Source of the DNA: Alphaproteobacteria bacterium | GTDB lineage: Bacteria > Pseudomonadota > Alphaproteobacteria > UBA828 | DNA length: 64,000 bases | Direction: 5' to 3' | Assembly (NCBI GenBank): GCA_965237415.1 | Contig: CBDEFM010000002.1 | Coordinates: forward strand, 2,688,001 to 2,752,000 | Shown here: positions 50,232 through 60,935 of the stretch, in pieces | How positions within the stretch are numbered: position 1 is the stretch's first letter | How the letters are laid out: every line of letters starts with the position of its first letter | The notes under the pieces: model-generated | What the model was told of the DNA's origin: nothing | Databases searched by the model: none | Seen by the model: only the letters and a program-made list of their open reading frames with translations | Made by a program: the position numbers and the translations under genes

Positions 50232-50621
50232 GTGCGCGTACGTCACGTTCTCGCCATCGCCCTCGCCACCGCCATGATGGCGGCGAGCGCGTCCGCCATT
50301 GCTGCTGATGTGAAGAAGGGCAAGAAGGTCTTCAAGAAGTGCAAGGTCTGCCACACCGTCAAGGAGGGCGGCAAGCACAAGGTCGGCCCCAACCTTTACG
50401 GCGTCTTCGGGCGCACGTCTGGCACGGCCGAGGGCTTCAAGAAATACTCGAACGCGATGAAGGACGCGGCGATCGTCTGGGACGAAGAGACCATCGAGGC
50501 CTATATCGCCGACCCCAAGGGCTACGTGCCGAAGAACAAGATGGCCTTCAAAGGGGTCAGGAAAGAGAAGGACCGGCAGAACCTGATCGCCTATCTCAAG
50601 GAAGCGACAGGCGCAGAGTGA
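50232..50621 (+). CDS. Class I cytochrome c (c2/CycA-like)
   Basis: AAGGAG RBS, GTG start 50232; signal peptide; [20 protein letters not shown]. Confidence 0.93.
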   Translation: MRVRHVLAIALATAMMAASASAIAADVKKGKKVFKKCKVCHTVKEGGKHKVGPNLYGVFGRTSGTAEGFKKYSNAMKDAAIVWDEETIEAYIADPKGYVPKNKMAFKGVRKEKDRQNLIAYLKEATGAE

Positions 50622-50661
50622 TCGGGGAGAACGAAGCCGCCCTGCGTTGAACGGGGCAGCC

Positions 50662-51186
50662 GTGTCCGCCATCGACCTGCGAGACCACATTCGCGCGGTT
50701 CCCGACTTCCCCAAGCCCGGCATCCTGTTCTACGACCTCTCGACCCTGCTCGCCCACGGGCCGGCATGGAGCGAAACGGTGCACCGCCTCGCCGACGTGG
50801 TGAGCGAGCACAAGCCCGACCTGCTCGCCGGGATCGAATCGCGGGGGTTTTTGGTCGCGGCGCCGATCGCACATGCGCTCGGCTGCGGCTTCATCATGGT
50901 GCGCAAGAAGGGCAAGCTGCCGGGCGAAACCGTGGCGCACGAGTACGCGCTTGAGTACGGCACCGACCAGGTCGAGGTGCAGGCTGACGCTGTCGCTCCA
51001 GGCCAGCGGGTGGTCCTTCTCGACGATCTGCTGGCGACGGGCGGCACGGCGGCGGCGGCGCATTCGCTGCTGCGCCGGGTGGGTGCCGAGGTGGTGGCGG
51101 CGGCCTTCATTATCGAGCTGACCTTCCTCGGCGGGCGTCAGCGCCTCGACCTGCCCATCACCTCTCTCGTCGCCTACGACTCGTAG
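50662..51186 (+). CDS. apt: Adenine phosphoribosyltransferase
   Basis: [42 protein letters not shown]. Confidence 0.96.
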   Translation: MSAIDLRDHIRAVPDFPKPGILFYDLSTLLAHGPAWSETVHRLADVVSEHKPDLLAGIESRGFLVAAPIAHALGCGFIMVRKKGKLPGETVAHEYALEYGTDQVEVQADAVAPGQRVVLLDDLLATGGTAAAAHSLLRRVGAEVVAAAFIIELTFLGGRQRLDLPITSLVAYDS

Positions 51187-51215
51187 TCGCGGCGGGGATA
51201 GCGCGGGAGAAACCC

Positions 51216-51884
51216 ATGGCAATTGCCGTGATCGGAGGCACCGGCCCGCAGGGTCGCGGCCTGGCGCAGCGCTGCGCGCTTGCCGGCATCGACGTCGTCG
51301 TGGGCTCGCGCGATGCCGCCCGGGCGGCGGAGATCGCGGCCGATCTCAGAGCAGGCGTGCCCGGCGCGCCGGGGGCGATCGAAGGCGCAGCCAACGCCGA
51401 CGCGGTCGCCCGCGCCGATCAGATCGTGGTGCTGGCGGTGCCGTGGGGCGCGCACCAGGCCACGTTGACCTCGCTGACCAAGACACTCCAAGGGAAGATT
51501 CTGGTGGACATGGCGGTGCCTCTCGCCGACGGCAACCCCCGGCGGACCGCGATGCCGCCGGAGGGCTCGGCGACCGAGGCGGCGCAGGCGATGCTAGGCG
51601 AAGGCTGTGCCGTGGTGGGCGCGCTCCACAACGTCTCCGCCCATGTGCTGGCCGCACTGGATCAGCCGATCAACTGCGATATCCTCGTCTGCGGCGACGA
51701 CCTGGAAGCGAAGCGCGCAGTCATGGAACTGATCGAGACGATCGGCGCCTGCGCCTACAACTGCGGCCCGGCCGAAAGCGCGCGCTGCATCGAGGCGCTG
51801 ACCCCGCTGCTCATCCGCCTCAACATGTCGAAGGCGACGGGCTTCAAGCACGCGGGCGTGAAGATCTGGCCGGAAGCCGAGTGA
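51216..51884 (+). CDS. npdG: NADPH-dependent F420 reductase (F420H2:NADP+ oxidoreductase)
   Basis: [44 protein letters not shown]. Confidence 0.85.
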   Translation: MAIAVIGGTGPQGRGLAQRCALAGIDVVVGSRDAARAAEIAADLRAGVPGAPGAIEGAANADAVARADQIVVLAVPWGAHQATLTSLTKTLQGKILVDMAVPLADGNPRRTAMPPEGSATEAAQAMLGEGCAVVGALHNVSAHVLAALDQPINCDILVCGDDLEAKRAVMELIETIGACAYNCGPAESARCIEALTPLLIRLNMSKATGFKHAGVKIWPEAE

Positions 51885-51889
51885 CGGGG

Positions 51890-52915
51890 ATGATTATGGA
51901 ATTCGGAATTACCTTTCGCGGCGACCTCGAAAAGGATCGCGTCGTCGCCATCTGCCGGCAGGCCGAGGCGGCCGGTTTCGACTATGCCTGGTTCTTCGAC
52001 AGCCACGTGCTCTGGCGCGACCTCTACCCGCAGATGGCGGTCGCCATCGAGAACACCCGGCGGCTTCGCTTCGGCCCCTGCGTCACCAACCCGATGACCC
52101 GCGAGTGGTCGGTGGCGGCGAGCCTGTTCGGGGCCATGGCGGTGCAGTCGGATGGACGCTTCGACATGGGCGTGGGCCGCGGCGACAGCGCCGTGCGCGT
52201 GATCGGCAAGCGGCCGGCGACGGTGGCGCGCCTGGAGGCGTTCTGCCACGCCATGAAGGCGCTGGTGCGGGGCGAGGCGGTCAGCTACGAGGGCACGCCG
52301 GAGCCGGTGCAGTTCGACTGGACCGGCGGCTACGAGATGCCCGTCTGGGTCGCGGCCTACGGGCCGCGCGCGCTCGCGGCGGCCGGCCGTGTCGGCGACG
52401 GGCTGATCGTGCAGCTCGCCGATGTCGGCCTCTGCCAATGGATGGGGGACCAGGCGCGCGATGCCGGCCGCGCCCAAGGCCGCGACATGGCGGACTACCG
52501 CGTCATGGCCTGCACGCCCGTCTGGGTCGGCGACCGCGAGGCCGGGATCGCGCAGACCAAGTGGTTCCCGGCTTTGGTGGGCAACCATGTGGCCGACATC
52601 GTCAAGCACCACGGCGCCGGCACCGACCTCGTGCCGGAGAGCCTGACCGCCTACATCGCCCAGCGCGAGGGCGTCGGCGCCGACGAGGGCTACGACTACC
52701 ACGAGCACACCGCGCTGGAATCAGACAATAGCGCCTATGTCACGCCTGAGATCACCGAGGATTTCTGCGTAATCGGCCCGGCCGAGGCCCATGTCGAGAA
52801 GATCCGGGCGCTGGAGGCCGCCGGCGTCACCCAGTTCAACATCTACCTCGTGAACGGCGGCGAGGAGCAAATCGTCGCCGCCTACGCGGACCACGTGATC
52901 CCGCACTTTCGGTAG
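51890..52915 (+). CDS. LLM-class F420-dependent oxidoreductase (TIGR03842-like)
   Basis: WFFDSHVLWRD, GPCVTNP, GVGRGDSA, VAAYGPRAL, WFPALVGNHVAD, TQFNIYL; directly follows npdG. Confidence 0.8.
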   Translation: MIMEFGITFRGDLEKDRVVAICRQAEAAGFDYAWFFDSHVLWRDLYPQMAVAIENTRRLRFGPCVTNPMTREWSVAASLFGAMAVQSDGRFDMGVGRGDSAVRVIGKRPATVARLEAFCHAMKALVRGEAVSYEGTPEPVQFDWTGGYEMPVWVAAYGPRALAAAGRVGDGLIVQLADVGLCQWMGDQARDAGRAQGRDMADYRVMACTPVWVGDREAGIAQTKWFPALVGNHVADIVKHHGAGTDLVPESLTAYIAQREGVGADEGYDYHEHTALESDNSAYVTPEITEDFCVIGPAEAHVEKIRALEAAGVTQFNIYLVNGGEEQIVAAYADHVIPHFR

Positions 52916-52923
52916 GGGCGAGT

Positions 52924-52945
52924 GCGGGCCGCAACTGCGGCCCGC
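52924..52945. terminator. GC-rich hairpin between convergent genes
   Basis: gcgggccgc-aact-gcggcccgc; no clear U tract. Confidence 0.45.
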
Positions 52946-52952
52946 CTACGCC

Positions 52953-54302
52953 TCAGTAGAGCTCGATATACTCGTCGCGCTCCCATTGGGTGATGTGGGC
53001 GTTGAAGCGGACAAGCTCGGCGCGCTTCATCGTGGTGAAGACGGTCACGAACTCCTCCCCTAGCAGATCGACCATCGCCTGGTCGGCCTCGAGCGCGGCG
53101 AGGGCGGCCTCGAGATTTACCGGGAAGGGCGGAAGGCTCGGGTCGTCCTCGCTCGGCCCATCGGACTGCGCGACGAGCGAGCGCTTCTCGCTAAGCCCGA
53201 GCAGCCCGCAGGCCAGCGTGCCGGCGGCACAGAGATAGGGATTGCTGATCGCGGACGAGGCCCGCATTTCCACGTGCATCCCCGGCGTGCCGGGCTGCTT
53301 GATGCGCACCATGGCGCTCCGGTCCTCCTCGCCCCAGCTGACGTTGGAGGGCGCGAAGGTGTGGGGCGTGAGCCGTCGGTAGCAGTTCGGTGTCGGGTTG
53401 AAGAGCGCCATGCAGGCGGCGCCGTGGTCGATGAGGCCCTGGACGAAATGCCGGAGCGTCCGCGTCAGGTCGTTCGGGTTGTCGGGGTCGTAGAAGGCGC
53501 TCCACCCGCTCTCCTTCTCGATCAGGCTGATGTGGTAGTGGCAGCCGGAGCCCGCCATGCCCGCCGCCGGCTTGCCCATGAAGGTCGCGGTGAGGCCTTC
53601 GTGCTGGACGATCTCCTTGACCCCGTTCTTGAAGGTAAACGCGTTGTCGAGGCCCACCATCCCCTCGGCATGTCTGTAGACCAGCTCGTACTGGGAGGGC
53701 GCGTACTCGGCGTTGGCCGTCAGCATCGGGATGCCGGCCGCCCGCAGGCTGTCGACCACCGCGCGGATCGCCGGCAGCTGGTCGTTCCGCAGATTGTTGA
53801 AGATATGGACTCCGCCGAAGAGCGGCTCGTGCGTCTCGCGGTCGAGCACGAAGAACTCGTACTCGTGGGCGCTCTCGATGCCGAAGCCGAGCTCGGCCAC
53901 CCTCTCCAACATCCGGCGCGCGACGTGGCGGGGCGCGGCGTGAAGCGGCGTGCCGTCCTCCCACTCCGTGTCGCAGATAACCTTCGCCATGCCATCGAGC
54001 CACGGCACGGTCGCGAGGGTCGAAAGATCGGGACGCAGGGTCTGGTCCTTGTACTTGACCTCCTCGTTGTAGAGGGTGCCGGGGATCACGTGAGAGGCCG
54101 TGTCGAGGGCGACGATGCCGCCATACATGTTCACACCCTCACGGGCGGACGCGGCGAACCGCTCGACCGGCACCTGCTTGGAGCGGGCGGAGCCGTGCAT
54201 GTCCGGCAGCTCGAAGCGGACATGCTGGATTCCGTCGCGCTCGAGCCGCGCCAGCGCCTCCTCTACCTGATCGCGGGTACCTTGCCCTGTGTCATCGACC
54301 AC
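52953..54302 (-). CDS. Glutamine synthetase-like protein (probable gamma-glutamyl-amine ligase)
   Basis: EYEFF, EYAPSQYE, ATFMGKP, GSGCHYH, WGEEDRSAMVR, EMR..NPY; divergent from canonical GlnA. Confidence 0.88.
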   Translation of the reverse strand: MVDDTGQGTRDQVEEALARLERDGIQHVRFELPDMHGSARSKQVPVERFAASAREGVNMYGGIVALDTASHVIPGTLYNEEVKYKDQTLRPDLSTLATVPWLDGMAKVICDTEWEDGTPLHAAPRHVARRMLERVAELGFGIESAHEYEFFVLDRETHEPLFGGVHIFNNLRNDQLPAIRAVVDSLRAAGIPMLTANAEYAPSQYELVYRHAEGMVGLDNAFTFKNGVKEIVQHEGLTATFMGKPAAGMAGSGCHYHISLIEKESGWSAFYDPDNPNDLTRTLRHFVQGLIDHGAACMALFNPTPNCYRRLTPHTFAPSNVSWGEEDRSAMVRIKQPGTPGMHVEMRASSAISNPYLCAAGTLACGLLGLSEKRSLVAQSDGPSEDDPSLPPFPVNLEAALAALEADQAMVDLLGEEFVTVFTTMKRAELVRFNAHITQWERDEYIELY

Positions 54303-54399
54303 GGCCGCCTCCTCTCCGTAACGCCTTCCTCGCCCGCCGCGCGAGCGGCCCGAATTCGCGGTGTCGGGGCGGGTGAGTCAAGAGCGGATGGCACCGCCG

Positions 54400-55417
54400 C
54401 TATTCTGCGGCCGCTTCCGCGCTTTCCAGAAGCGGGCGGCGGCTCAGGTCGATCTTGCGGGCGACATGGGCGCCGGAGGTGATGGTTCCGTAGCGCGGCG
54501 GGTTGGCTTCGTCTGTGCAGCTCGGCAGGCACTCGATCACGGCGTCGTAATTCGGCTGCTGGAAGAAGAGCAGCGAGAGCCGGCTGCTCTCCGCCTCGAC
54601 GCGGGGAGGGTTGACCACCCGGTGCAGGGTCGAGCGCCAGCGGTCGTTGGTCCATTCCGCCATCAGGTCGCCGAGATTGATGACGAAGGTGCCGGGGATG
54701 CAAGGCACGTCGGACCAGGTGCCGTCCTTGCCCAGAACCTGGAGGCCGCCCACGTCGGTATCGGAGGAGACGATCGTGAGGCTGCCGTAGTCCGCGTGGG
54801 CGCCGCAGCGGAGCTGCCCCGGCACGGGCGGCGTCGGCTGCGGCGGGTAGTAGGAGGCGATGAAGTTGGTGATGTGGCGGTCGATCTTGTCGGCGAAGAA
54901 GTTCTCCGGCAGGCGGAGCGCACAGGCGAAGATCCGCATCAGGTCGCCTGCCAGGCGCTCCATCTCCCGATAATAGGCCTCCCACAGCGGCCGCATCCCT
55001 GCGGGCCGGTCGGGCCACAGATTCGCGGCGAAGAAGCGCCAGCCCTCGGGCCCGTAGTGATATTCGTCGTAGGCGTGGTCATGGGGCCCGATAACGAAGC
55101 TCTCGCGCCAGTCCGGCGCGCTCTCTTCTTCGTCCATGCTGTAGGCCGTGTCCTCGCTGCCGACGGTCATCAGCCCGCGATAGCGGTCGGGCGGCATTTT
55201 GACCCTGAGCTTCTCCCAGTGCGGCAGGTCGAAGAAGGCACGGGTCACGCCCCCCCATCTCGTCGATCTGCCCCTGCGCGACGCCGTGACCCGCGATGAC
55301 GAGGAAGCCGATCTCACGGCAGGCGTTATCCACCTCGGCGGCAACGCGCGCCTTGTCCTCGCGCCCGCCCGTGAGAAACGGTGCGATATCGATCACCGGA
55401 ACCACCGAATCCGCCAT
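54400..55417 (-). pseudogene. Isopenicillin N synthase-like 2OG-Fe(II) oxygenase, frameshifted at a G7 run (or assembly error)
   Basis: N-terminus MADSVVPVIDIAPF..ACREIGFL..HGV is in one frame (ORF 55079-55417); VTRAFFDLP..HADYGSLT..HRV..RLS is in another (ORF 54400-55344). The switch is at C7 55250-55256. Confidence 0.85.
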
Positions 55418-55601
55418 TCTTCGCCTCCGCGATGCCGGGTTGCGGCGCCGATCCTAACAGCGGTAGCCCCTTCCGCGCGAGCGGGGCGGTTGACGCCACC
55501 CGGATCGTGCCCAAATTCTCCGGGTGTAAATTGGCGCCCTCGCGTAGTATGCAAAACGGCGTGCGGCGCAGGAGCCGCAGCGCGTCCGTGGAGTGGAAGC
55601 C

Positions 55602-56594
55602 ATGCTGATCGACCCATTCGAGCGCCACGTCACCTATCTGCGGGTCTCGGTCACCGACCGGTGCGACTTTCGCTGCGTCTATTGCATGTCGGAGCACATG
55701 AGCTTCCTGCCCAAGGCGGAGCTGCTCACACTGGAGGAGCTCGATCGGCTGTGCAGCGCGTTCGTGGGCTTGGGCGTGCGCAAGCTCCGCATCACCGGCG
55801 GCGAGCCTCTGGTGCGGAAGGGCGTCATCGAGCTGTTCGAGAGCCTGGGCCGCCACCTGAGAAGCGGCGCACTCGACGAGCTGACGCTCACCACCAACGG
55901 GAGCCAATTGCCGCGCCATGCGGAACGGCTCTACGCCGCGGGCGTGCGCCGGGTGAACATCTCCCTCGACACCCGCGACCCCGATAAATTCGTCAAGATC
56001 ACCCGTTGGGGCCGGCTCGACCAGGTGATGGCCGGCATCGATGCGGCCCGCGCCGCAGGGCTCAAGGTCAAGATCAACACCGTGGCGCTGCGCGGCGTCA
56101 ACGAGGACGAGATCGAAGACCTCGTCGCCTGGTGCGGGGCCGAGGGGCACGACCTCACCTTCATCGAGACGATGCCGCTCGGCGAGATCGACGGCGATCG
56201 GACCGAGCAGTACCTGCCGCTCTCCATGGTCCGCGCGAAGCTCCGCAAGCGCTGGACCCTGGACGAGAGCGACCATCGCACGGGCGGGCCGGCGCGATAC
56301 GTCACGGTGCGGGAGACCGGCCAGCGTTTGGGTTTCATCACGCCGCTCACCCACAATTTCTGCGAATCCTGCAACCGGGTGCGGCTCACCTGCACCGGCA
56401 CGCTCTACATGTGCCTCGGCCAGGAGGACGCGGCCGACCTGCGCACGCCGCTCCGCCGCAGCGAGAGCGACGATGCTCTGGTTGCGGCGATCCACGAGGC
56501 GATCGGGCGCAAGCCCAAGGGCCATGATTTCATCATCGACCGCCGCCACACGCGGCCTGCGGTCGGCCGTCACATGAGCGTCACCGGCGGCTGA
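55602..56594 (+). CDS. moaA: GTP 3',8-cyclase
   Basis: [33 protein letters not shown]-terminal MSVTGG. Confidence 0.97.
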   Translation: MLIDPFERHVTYLRVSVTDRCDFRCVYCMSEHMSFLPKAELLTLEELDRLCSAFVGLGVRKLRITGGEPLVRKGVIELFESLGRHLRSGALDELTLTTNGSQLPRHAERLYAAGVRRVNISLDTRDPDKFVKITRWGRLDQVMAGIDAARAAGLKVKINTVALRGVNEDEIEDLVAWCGAEGHDLTFIETMPLGEIDGDRTEQYLPLSMVRAKLRKRWTLDESDHRTGGPARYVTVRETGQRLGFITPLTHNFCESCNRVRLTCTGTLYMCLGQEDAADLRTPLRRSESDDALVAAIHEAIGRKPKGHDFIIDRRHTRPAVGRHMSVTGG

Positions 56595-56655
56595 GCGGCC
56601 GCCGCCGTCCAGCCCGCTTTCCGCGCCGCGCCGGCGCAGCCCATCGGGAGACTCC

Positions 56656-57423
56656 ATGCGCTACCGGACGATGGCCGCCGTCGCGTCGACCGCCGCCGAT
56701 GCCCAGGCCGCGCTCGCCGCGCTCGCCGCCCGCTATCCCTTCGTAGAGCCAGCCGATGCCGACGCCATCATCGCGCTTGGCGGAGACGGCTTCATGCTGG
56801 AGACGCAGCACCGCCTGCTGCGCCAGGGCAAGCCGATCTACGGCATGAGCCGGGGCACGGTCGGCTTCCTGATGAACGAGTTCTCCATCGAGGACCTTCC
56901 CCAACGGCTGGAGCAGGCGCACGGCACGACCCTGCATCCACTCAGCATGCAGGCGGAGACGATCCACGGGGATACGCACGAGGCGCTCGCCATCAACGAG
57001 GTCTCGATGCTGCGCGAGACCCGCCAGGCCGCCAAGCTCAGAATCAGCGTGGACGGCGTCGTCAGGGTGCCGGAGCTTATCTGCGACGGTGTGCTGGTGG
57101 CGACTCCCGCCGGCAGCACCGCCTACAACCTTTCTGCCCACGGCCCGATCATCCCGCTCGGCGCCAACATCCTGGCGCTCACGCCGATCAGCGCCTTCAG
57201 GCCGCGGCGCTGGCGAGGCGCCCTCCTACTGCACGAGGCGACCGTGCGCCTCGAGGTGCTCGAGCACGATAAGCGCCCGGTCAGCGCGGTCGCCGACTAC
57301 ACCGAAGTGCGCGACGTGGCGTCGGTCGAGGTCGCGGTCGATCATGCGACGGCGATCCACCTCCTCTTCGACCCCGAGCACAGCCTTACCGAGCGCATCC
57401 TCGCCGAGCAGTTCACCCCCTGA
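56656..57423 (+). CDS. nadK: NAD kinase
   Basis: [38 protein letters not shown]. Confidence 0.95.
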   Translation: MRYRTMAAVASTAADAQAALAALAARYPFVEPADADAIIALGGDGFMLETQHRLLRQGKPIYGMSRGTVGFLMNEFSIEDLPQRLEQAHGTTLHPLSMQAETIHGDTHEALAINEVSMLRETRQAAKLRISVDGVVRVPELICDGVLVATPAGSTAYNLSAHGPIIPLGANILALTPISAFRPRRWRGALLLHEATVRLEVLEHDKRPVSAVADYTEVRDVASVEVAVDHATAIHLLFDPEHSLTERILAEQFTP

Positions 57424-57490
57424 GGGTGCTGAATTTGGCGTCCGCGAGCCCCGCTCGCTCACCTAGCCGCACATCAAGCCGGAGCAGGCG

Positions 57491-58585
57491 GTGAAAGGAC
57501 TCGGCGCCCCATTCGGCGTGCGCTGGCAGGCCACGCGGCTCCGCATCGCCGGTCTCCGCTTCGTTCTCTCGATCGGCCTCGGGGCCTCGGGCGGAGCCGT
57601 CTTCTTCGCGCTTGCGCTGCCGCTCCCTTGGATGCTGGGCGCCATGACGGCGGCAACGGCGGCGGCGCTCACCGGCGCGCCGCTCGCGGTACCCGCCCAG
57701 ATCCGCAACGCCATGATCGCGATCCTCGGCGTGCTGCTCGGCAGCCAATTCACGATCGACCTCTTCGCCCAAATCACGGAGTGGTACGTGGGCCTCTCGG
57801 GCGTGGTTCTCTCCACGGCGGCGACGGCAGGAATGGCCTATGTCGTCTTCCGCAGGCTCGGCGGCTACGACCGGGCGACCGCCTATTTCGCCTCGATGCC
57901 GGGCGGGCTCAGCGAGATGATGGTGCTCGGCGAGAGCATGGGCGGCGATGGGCGCACGATCTCGCTCACCCACGGCACGCGCATCCTCGTCGCCGTGTTC
58001 CTGATCGCCTTCTACTACCGGATCTTCGAAGGCTACGAGCCGGTTGGCTTGCCGGTCCCCGCCGGCCCGGCGGCGGGCTGGGTCGATCTCATGGCGCTGG
58101 TTGCCTGCGCGCTCGCCGGCTATCCGGCGGCTAAGGCGTTGCGGGTGCCGGCGGCCCAGCTGGTCGGCCCCTTGGTGCTGAGCGCGGCGCTGCACCTGAG
58201 CGGGGTTGTCGCGGCGCACCCGCCGGGCGAGTTGATCGCGGCCGCCCAGGTCGTGCTCGGCGCCGCCATCGGGGCGCGGTTCGTGGGCATTGCGTTCCGC
58301 AAGCTCCGGCGCGTCATGCTGCTGGCTGCGCTCGTCGCCGTGGCGATGGTCTTGGTGGCGGCAGGCATGGCCTACGGCCTCGCGGCCGCCACCGATCTCT
58401 CCGGAGCGGCGCTCTTTCTCGCGCTGGCTCCCGGCGGGCTCGCCGAGATGAGCCTGATGGCGCTCTCCTTCGGCAGCGCCGCCGCCTTCGTCTCGACCCA
58501 CCATGTCGCGCGCATCATTCTGATCGTGATTGTCGGCCCCCTCGTTTTTCGGCTCGCCCAGGGGTGGCGGCGCTCGCTAAGTTAG
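57491..58585 (+). CDS. AbrB-family membrane protein (duplicated domain)
   Basis: [18 protein letters not shown] and LAPGGLAEM duplicated motifs; many TM helices. Confidence 0.88.
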   Translation: MKGLGAPFGVRWQATRLRIAGLRFVLSIGLGASGGAVFFALALPLPWMLGAMTAATAAALTGAPLAVPAQIRNAMIAILGVLLGSQFTIDLFAQITEWYVGLSGVVLSTAATAGMAYVVFRRLGGYDRATAYFASMPGGLSEMMVLGESMGGDGRTISLTHGTRILVAVFLIAFYYRIFEGYEPVGLPVPAGPAAGWVDLMALVACALAGYPAAKALRVPAAQLVGPLVLSAALHLSGVVAAHPPGELIAAAQVVLGAAIGARFVGIAFRKLRRVMLLAALVAVAMVLVAAGMAYGLAAATDLSGAALFLALAPGGLAEMSLMALSFGSAAAFVSTHHVARIILIVIVGPLVFRLAQGWRRSLS

Positions 58586-58592
58586 CCCGGTC

Positions 58593-59732
58593 ATGGATTT
58601 CACCCTCTCGGAAGAGCAACAGGCGTTCCGCGAACTCGCCCAGAACTTCGCCGAGAACGAGCTCGCCCCCTTTGCTGCGGCGTGGGACCGGGACTGCACC
58701 TTCCCGGTGGATGCGCTGCGCAAGGCCGCGGCCCTCGGCCTTGGCGGCATCTATGTGGGTGACGATGTCGGCGGATCGAACCTGACGCGGCTCGATGCCG
58801 CGCTGATCTTCGAGGGGCTGGCCCGGGGTTGTGCGTCGACCGCGGCCTACATTTCGATCCACAACATGGCGTCGTGGATGATCGACTCCTTCGGCGCAGA
58901 CGCGCAGCGCACGCGCTTCCTGCCCCGCCTCGCCAGCATGGAACATTTCGCGAGCTACTGCCTGACCGAGCCTGATTCCGGCTCCGACGCCGCATCGCTC
59001 AGGACCAGCGCCCGCCTGGACGGCGATCACTACGTGCTCAACGGCACCAAGGCCTTCATCTCGGGCGGCGGCTTTGCCGATGTCTATGTCTGCATGGTGC
59101 GGACCGGCGGGCCGGGCGCGGACGGCATCTCATGCATCGCGGTTGAGCGGGATACGCCGGGCCTCACCTTCGGCGCCCAAGAGAAGAAGCTCGGCTGGCA
59201 CAGCCAACCGACCGCGATGGTGATCTTCGAGGACTGCCGCGTGCCGGCGGAGAACCTCATCGGCGCGGAAGGGCAGGGCTTCAAGATCGCCATGGCGGGC
59301 CTCGACGGCGGGCGCATCAACATCGGCGCCTGCTCGCTGGGGGCCGCGCAGGCGAGCCTGGAGATCGCCCGCGATCACCTGCTCCAGCGCCAGCAGTTCG
59401 GCCGCAAGCTCGCCGACTTTCAGGCGCTGCAGTTCACGCTCGCCGACATGGCGACGAACCTCGAAGCCGCCCGCCTGATGATCCACCGGGCCGCGGCCGC
59501 CCTCGACGCGCGCGAAGACGCCGCCATTGCCACCATCGCCATGGCCAAGCGCTTCGCCACGGACGCGGGCTTCGAGGTCTGCAATCAGGCGCTCCAGCTA
59601 TTGGGCGGCTATGGCTACCTGATGGATTTTCCGGTCGAGCGCCACCTCAGGGATCTGCGCGTCCATCAAATCCTCGAAGGCACCAACGAGATCATGCGCC
59701 TCATCATCGCGCGCCGCCTGCTGTCGGAGTGA
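58593..59732 (+). CDS. Acyl-CoA dehydrogenase (isobutyryl-CoA dehydrogenase-like)
   Basis: [40 protein letters not shown]; valine catabolism context. Confidence 0.93.
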   Translation: MDFTLSEEQQAFRELAQNFAENELAPFAAAWDRDCTFPVDALRKAAALGLGGIYVGDDVGGSNLTRLDAALIFEGLARGCASTAAYISIHNMASWMIDSFGADAQRTRFLPRLASMEHFASYCLTEPDSGSDAASLRTSARLDGDHYVLNGTKAFISGGGFADVYVCMVRTGGPGADGISCIAVERDTPGLTFGAQEKKLGWHSQPTAMVIFEDCRVPAENLIGAEGQGFKIAMAGLDGGRINIGACSLGAAQASLEIARDHLLQRQQFGRKLADFQALQFTLADMATNLEAARLMIHRAAAALDAREDAAIATIAMAKRFATDAGFEVCNQALQLLGGYGYLMDFPVERHLRDLRVHQILEGTNEIMRLIIARRLLSE

Positions 59733-59814
59733 GGCTGGGCGCGGCCCCGCAGCTATTCCCCCGCCGGGGCGTAGTCCTTAGGATGCGCCGGCAATTGACC
59801 GGGGCGGAGCGGCC

Positions 59815-60882
59815 GTGAGCGACGAAATCATCCTGGAACGGAAGGGCCGGGTCGGCAGCGTGACGCTGAACCGGCCGAAGGCGCTGAACGCGCTGACCCA
59901 GCCCATGGTGCTGGGCCTCGATGCCAGGCTCAAGGAATGGGCGGCGGACCCCGAGATTGCGGCGGTGGTCGTGCGCGGAGCCGCGCGGGACGACGGGCGC
60001 GTGCCCTTCTGCGCCGGCGGCGACATCCGCCTTCTTTACAGCGAGCAGGACGATCCGGAGCGTCACTTCGCCACGGTCTTCTACGCGCAGGAGTACCGGC
60101 TCAACACCTTCATCTTTCGCTACCCGAAGCCCTATGTCGCGCTGATCGACGGCGTCGTCATGGGAGGCGGCGTCGGCATCTCGTTCCACGGCTCCCACCG
60201 CGTGATGACCGAGCGCGCCCTCTTCGCCATGCCGGAGACCGGGATCGGGCTCTTCCCCGATGTCGGTGCCACGTACTTCCTACCCAGGCTCACGGGCAAG
60301 GCCGGGCTCTACCTCGGCCTCACGGGCGCGCGCATCGGCGCCGCCGACTCGCTCTATCTCGGGCTCGCGACCCATGTGGTGGCGAGCGATGCGCTGCAGG
60401 CGCTGGACGAGACGCTGCTGGCTGCCGAATTCGGCAGCGACGCGAACGCGGCCATCGACCGCCTGCTCGCAAACTGCGCCGCCGATCCCGGCCCAGCGCC
60501 GCTCGCTGCCCGACAGGCGGAAATCGACCGCTGCTTCGCCGCAGGCTCGGTGGAGGAGATCGTGGCCAACCTCGAGGCCGAGGGCTCGGACTGGGCGGCG
60601 GAGACGCTTGCGACGCTTCGTCATAAGTCGCCGACCAGCCTCAAGGTCTCGTTCAAGCAGCTCACGGCGTATGGCGCGTGCGATTTCGAGGAAGCGATGG
60701 CGCTGGAATACCGGCTCGCCATGCACTGCAATCTGGGCGTCGATTTCTTCGAGGGCATCCGTGCCCAGATCGTCGACAAGGACCGCAATCCGGCCTGGCG
60801 CCCGGCGCGGCTGGAAGAGGTGACAGCGGCGACGGTGGATGCATATTTCGAGGTGCCGCCCAAGGGCGACATGACGTGGTAA
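59815..60882 (+). CDS. 3-hydroxyisobutyryl-CoA hydrolase (crotonase family)
   Basis: LNRPKALNAL, FCAGGDI, MGGGVG, MPETGIGLFPDVG, EGIRA..DKDRNP. Confidence 0.92.
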   Translation: MSDEIILERKGRVGSVTLNRPKALNALTQPMVLGLDARLKEWAADPEIAAVVVRGAARDDGRVPFCAGGDIRLLYSEQDDPERHFATVFYAQEYRLNTFIFRYPKPYVALIDGVVMGGGVGISFHGSHRVMTERALFAMPETGIGLFPDVGATYFLPRLTGKAGLYLGLTGARIGAADSLYLGLATHVVASDALQALDETLLAAEFGSDANAAIDRLLANCAADPGPAPLAARQAEIDRCFAAGSVEEIVANLEAEGSDWAAETLATLRHKSPTSLKVSFKQLTAYGACDFEEAMALEYRLAMHCNLGVDFFEGIRAQIVDKDRNPAWRPARLEEVTAATVDAYFEVPPKGDMTW

Positions 60883-60935
60883 GCGGCCGGGGACGGCGCT
60901 ACCGCTTCTAACCAACGCGAGAGGGAGATTCCGAC

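Noticed and set aside
57491-58585. Ammonia monooxygenase, which would pair with the P460-like protein
   Set aside because: This is the AbrB membrane family that is often mislabelled that way; there are no amoCAB-like genes.
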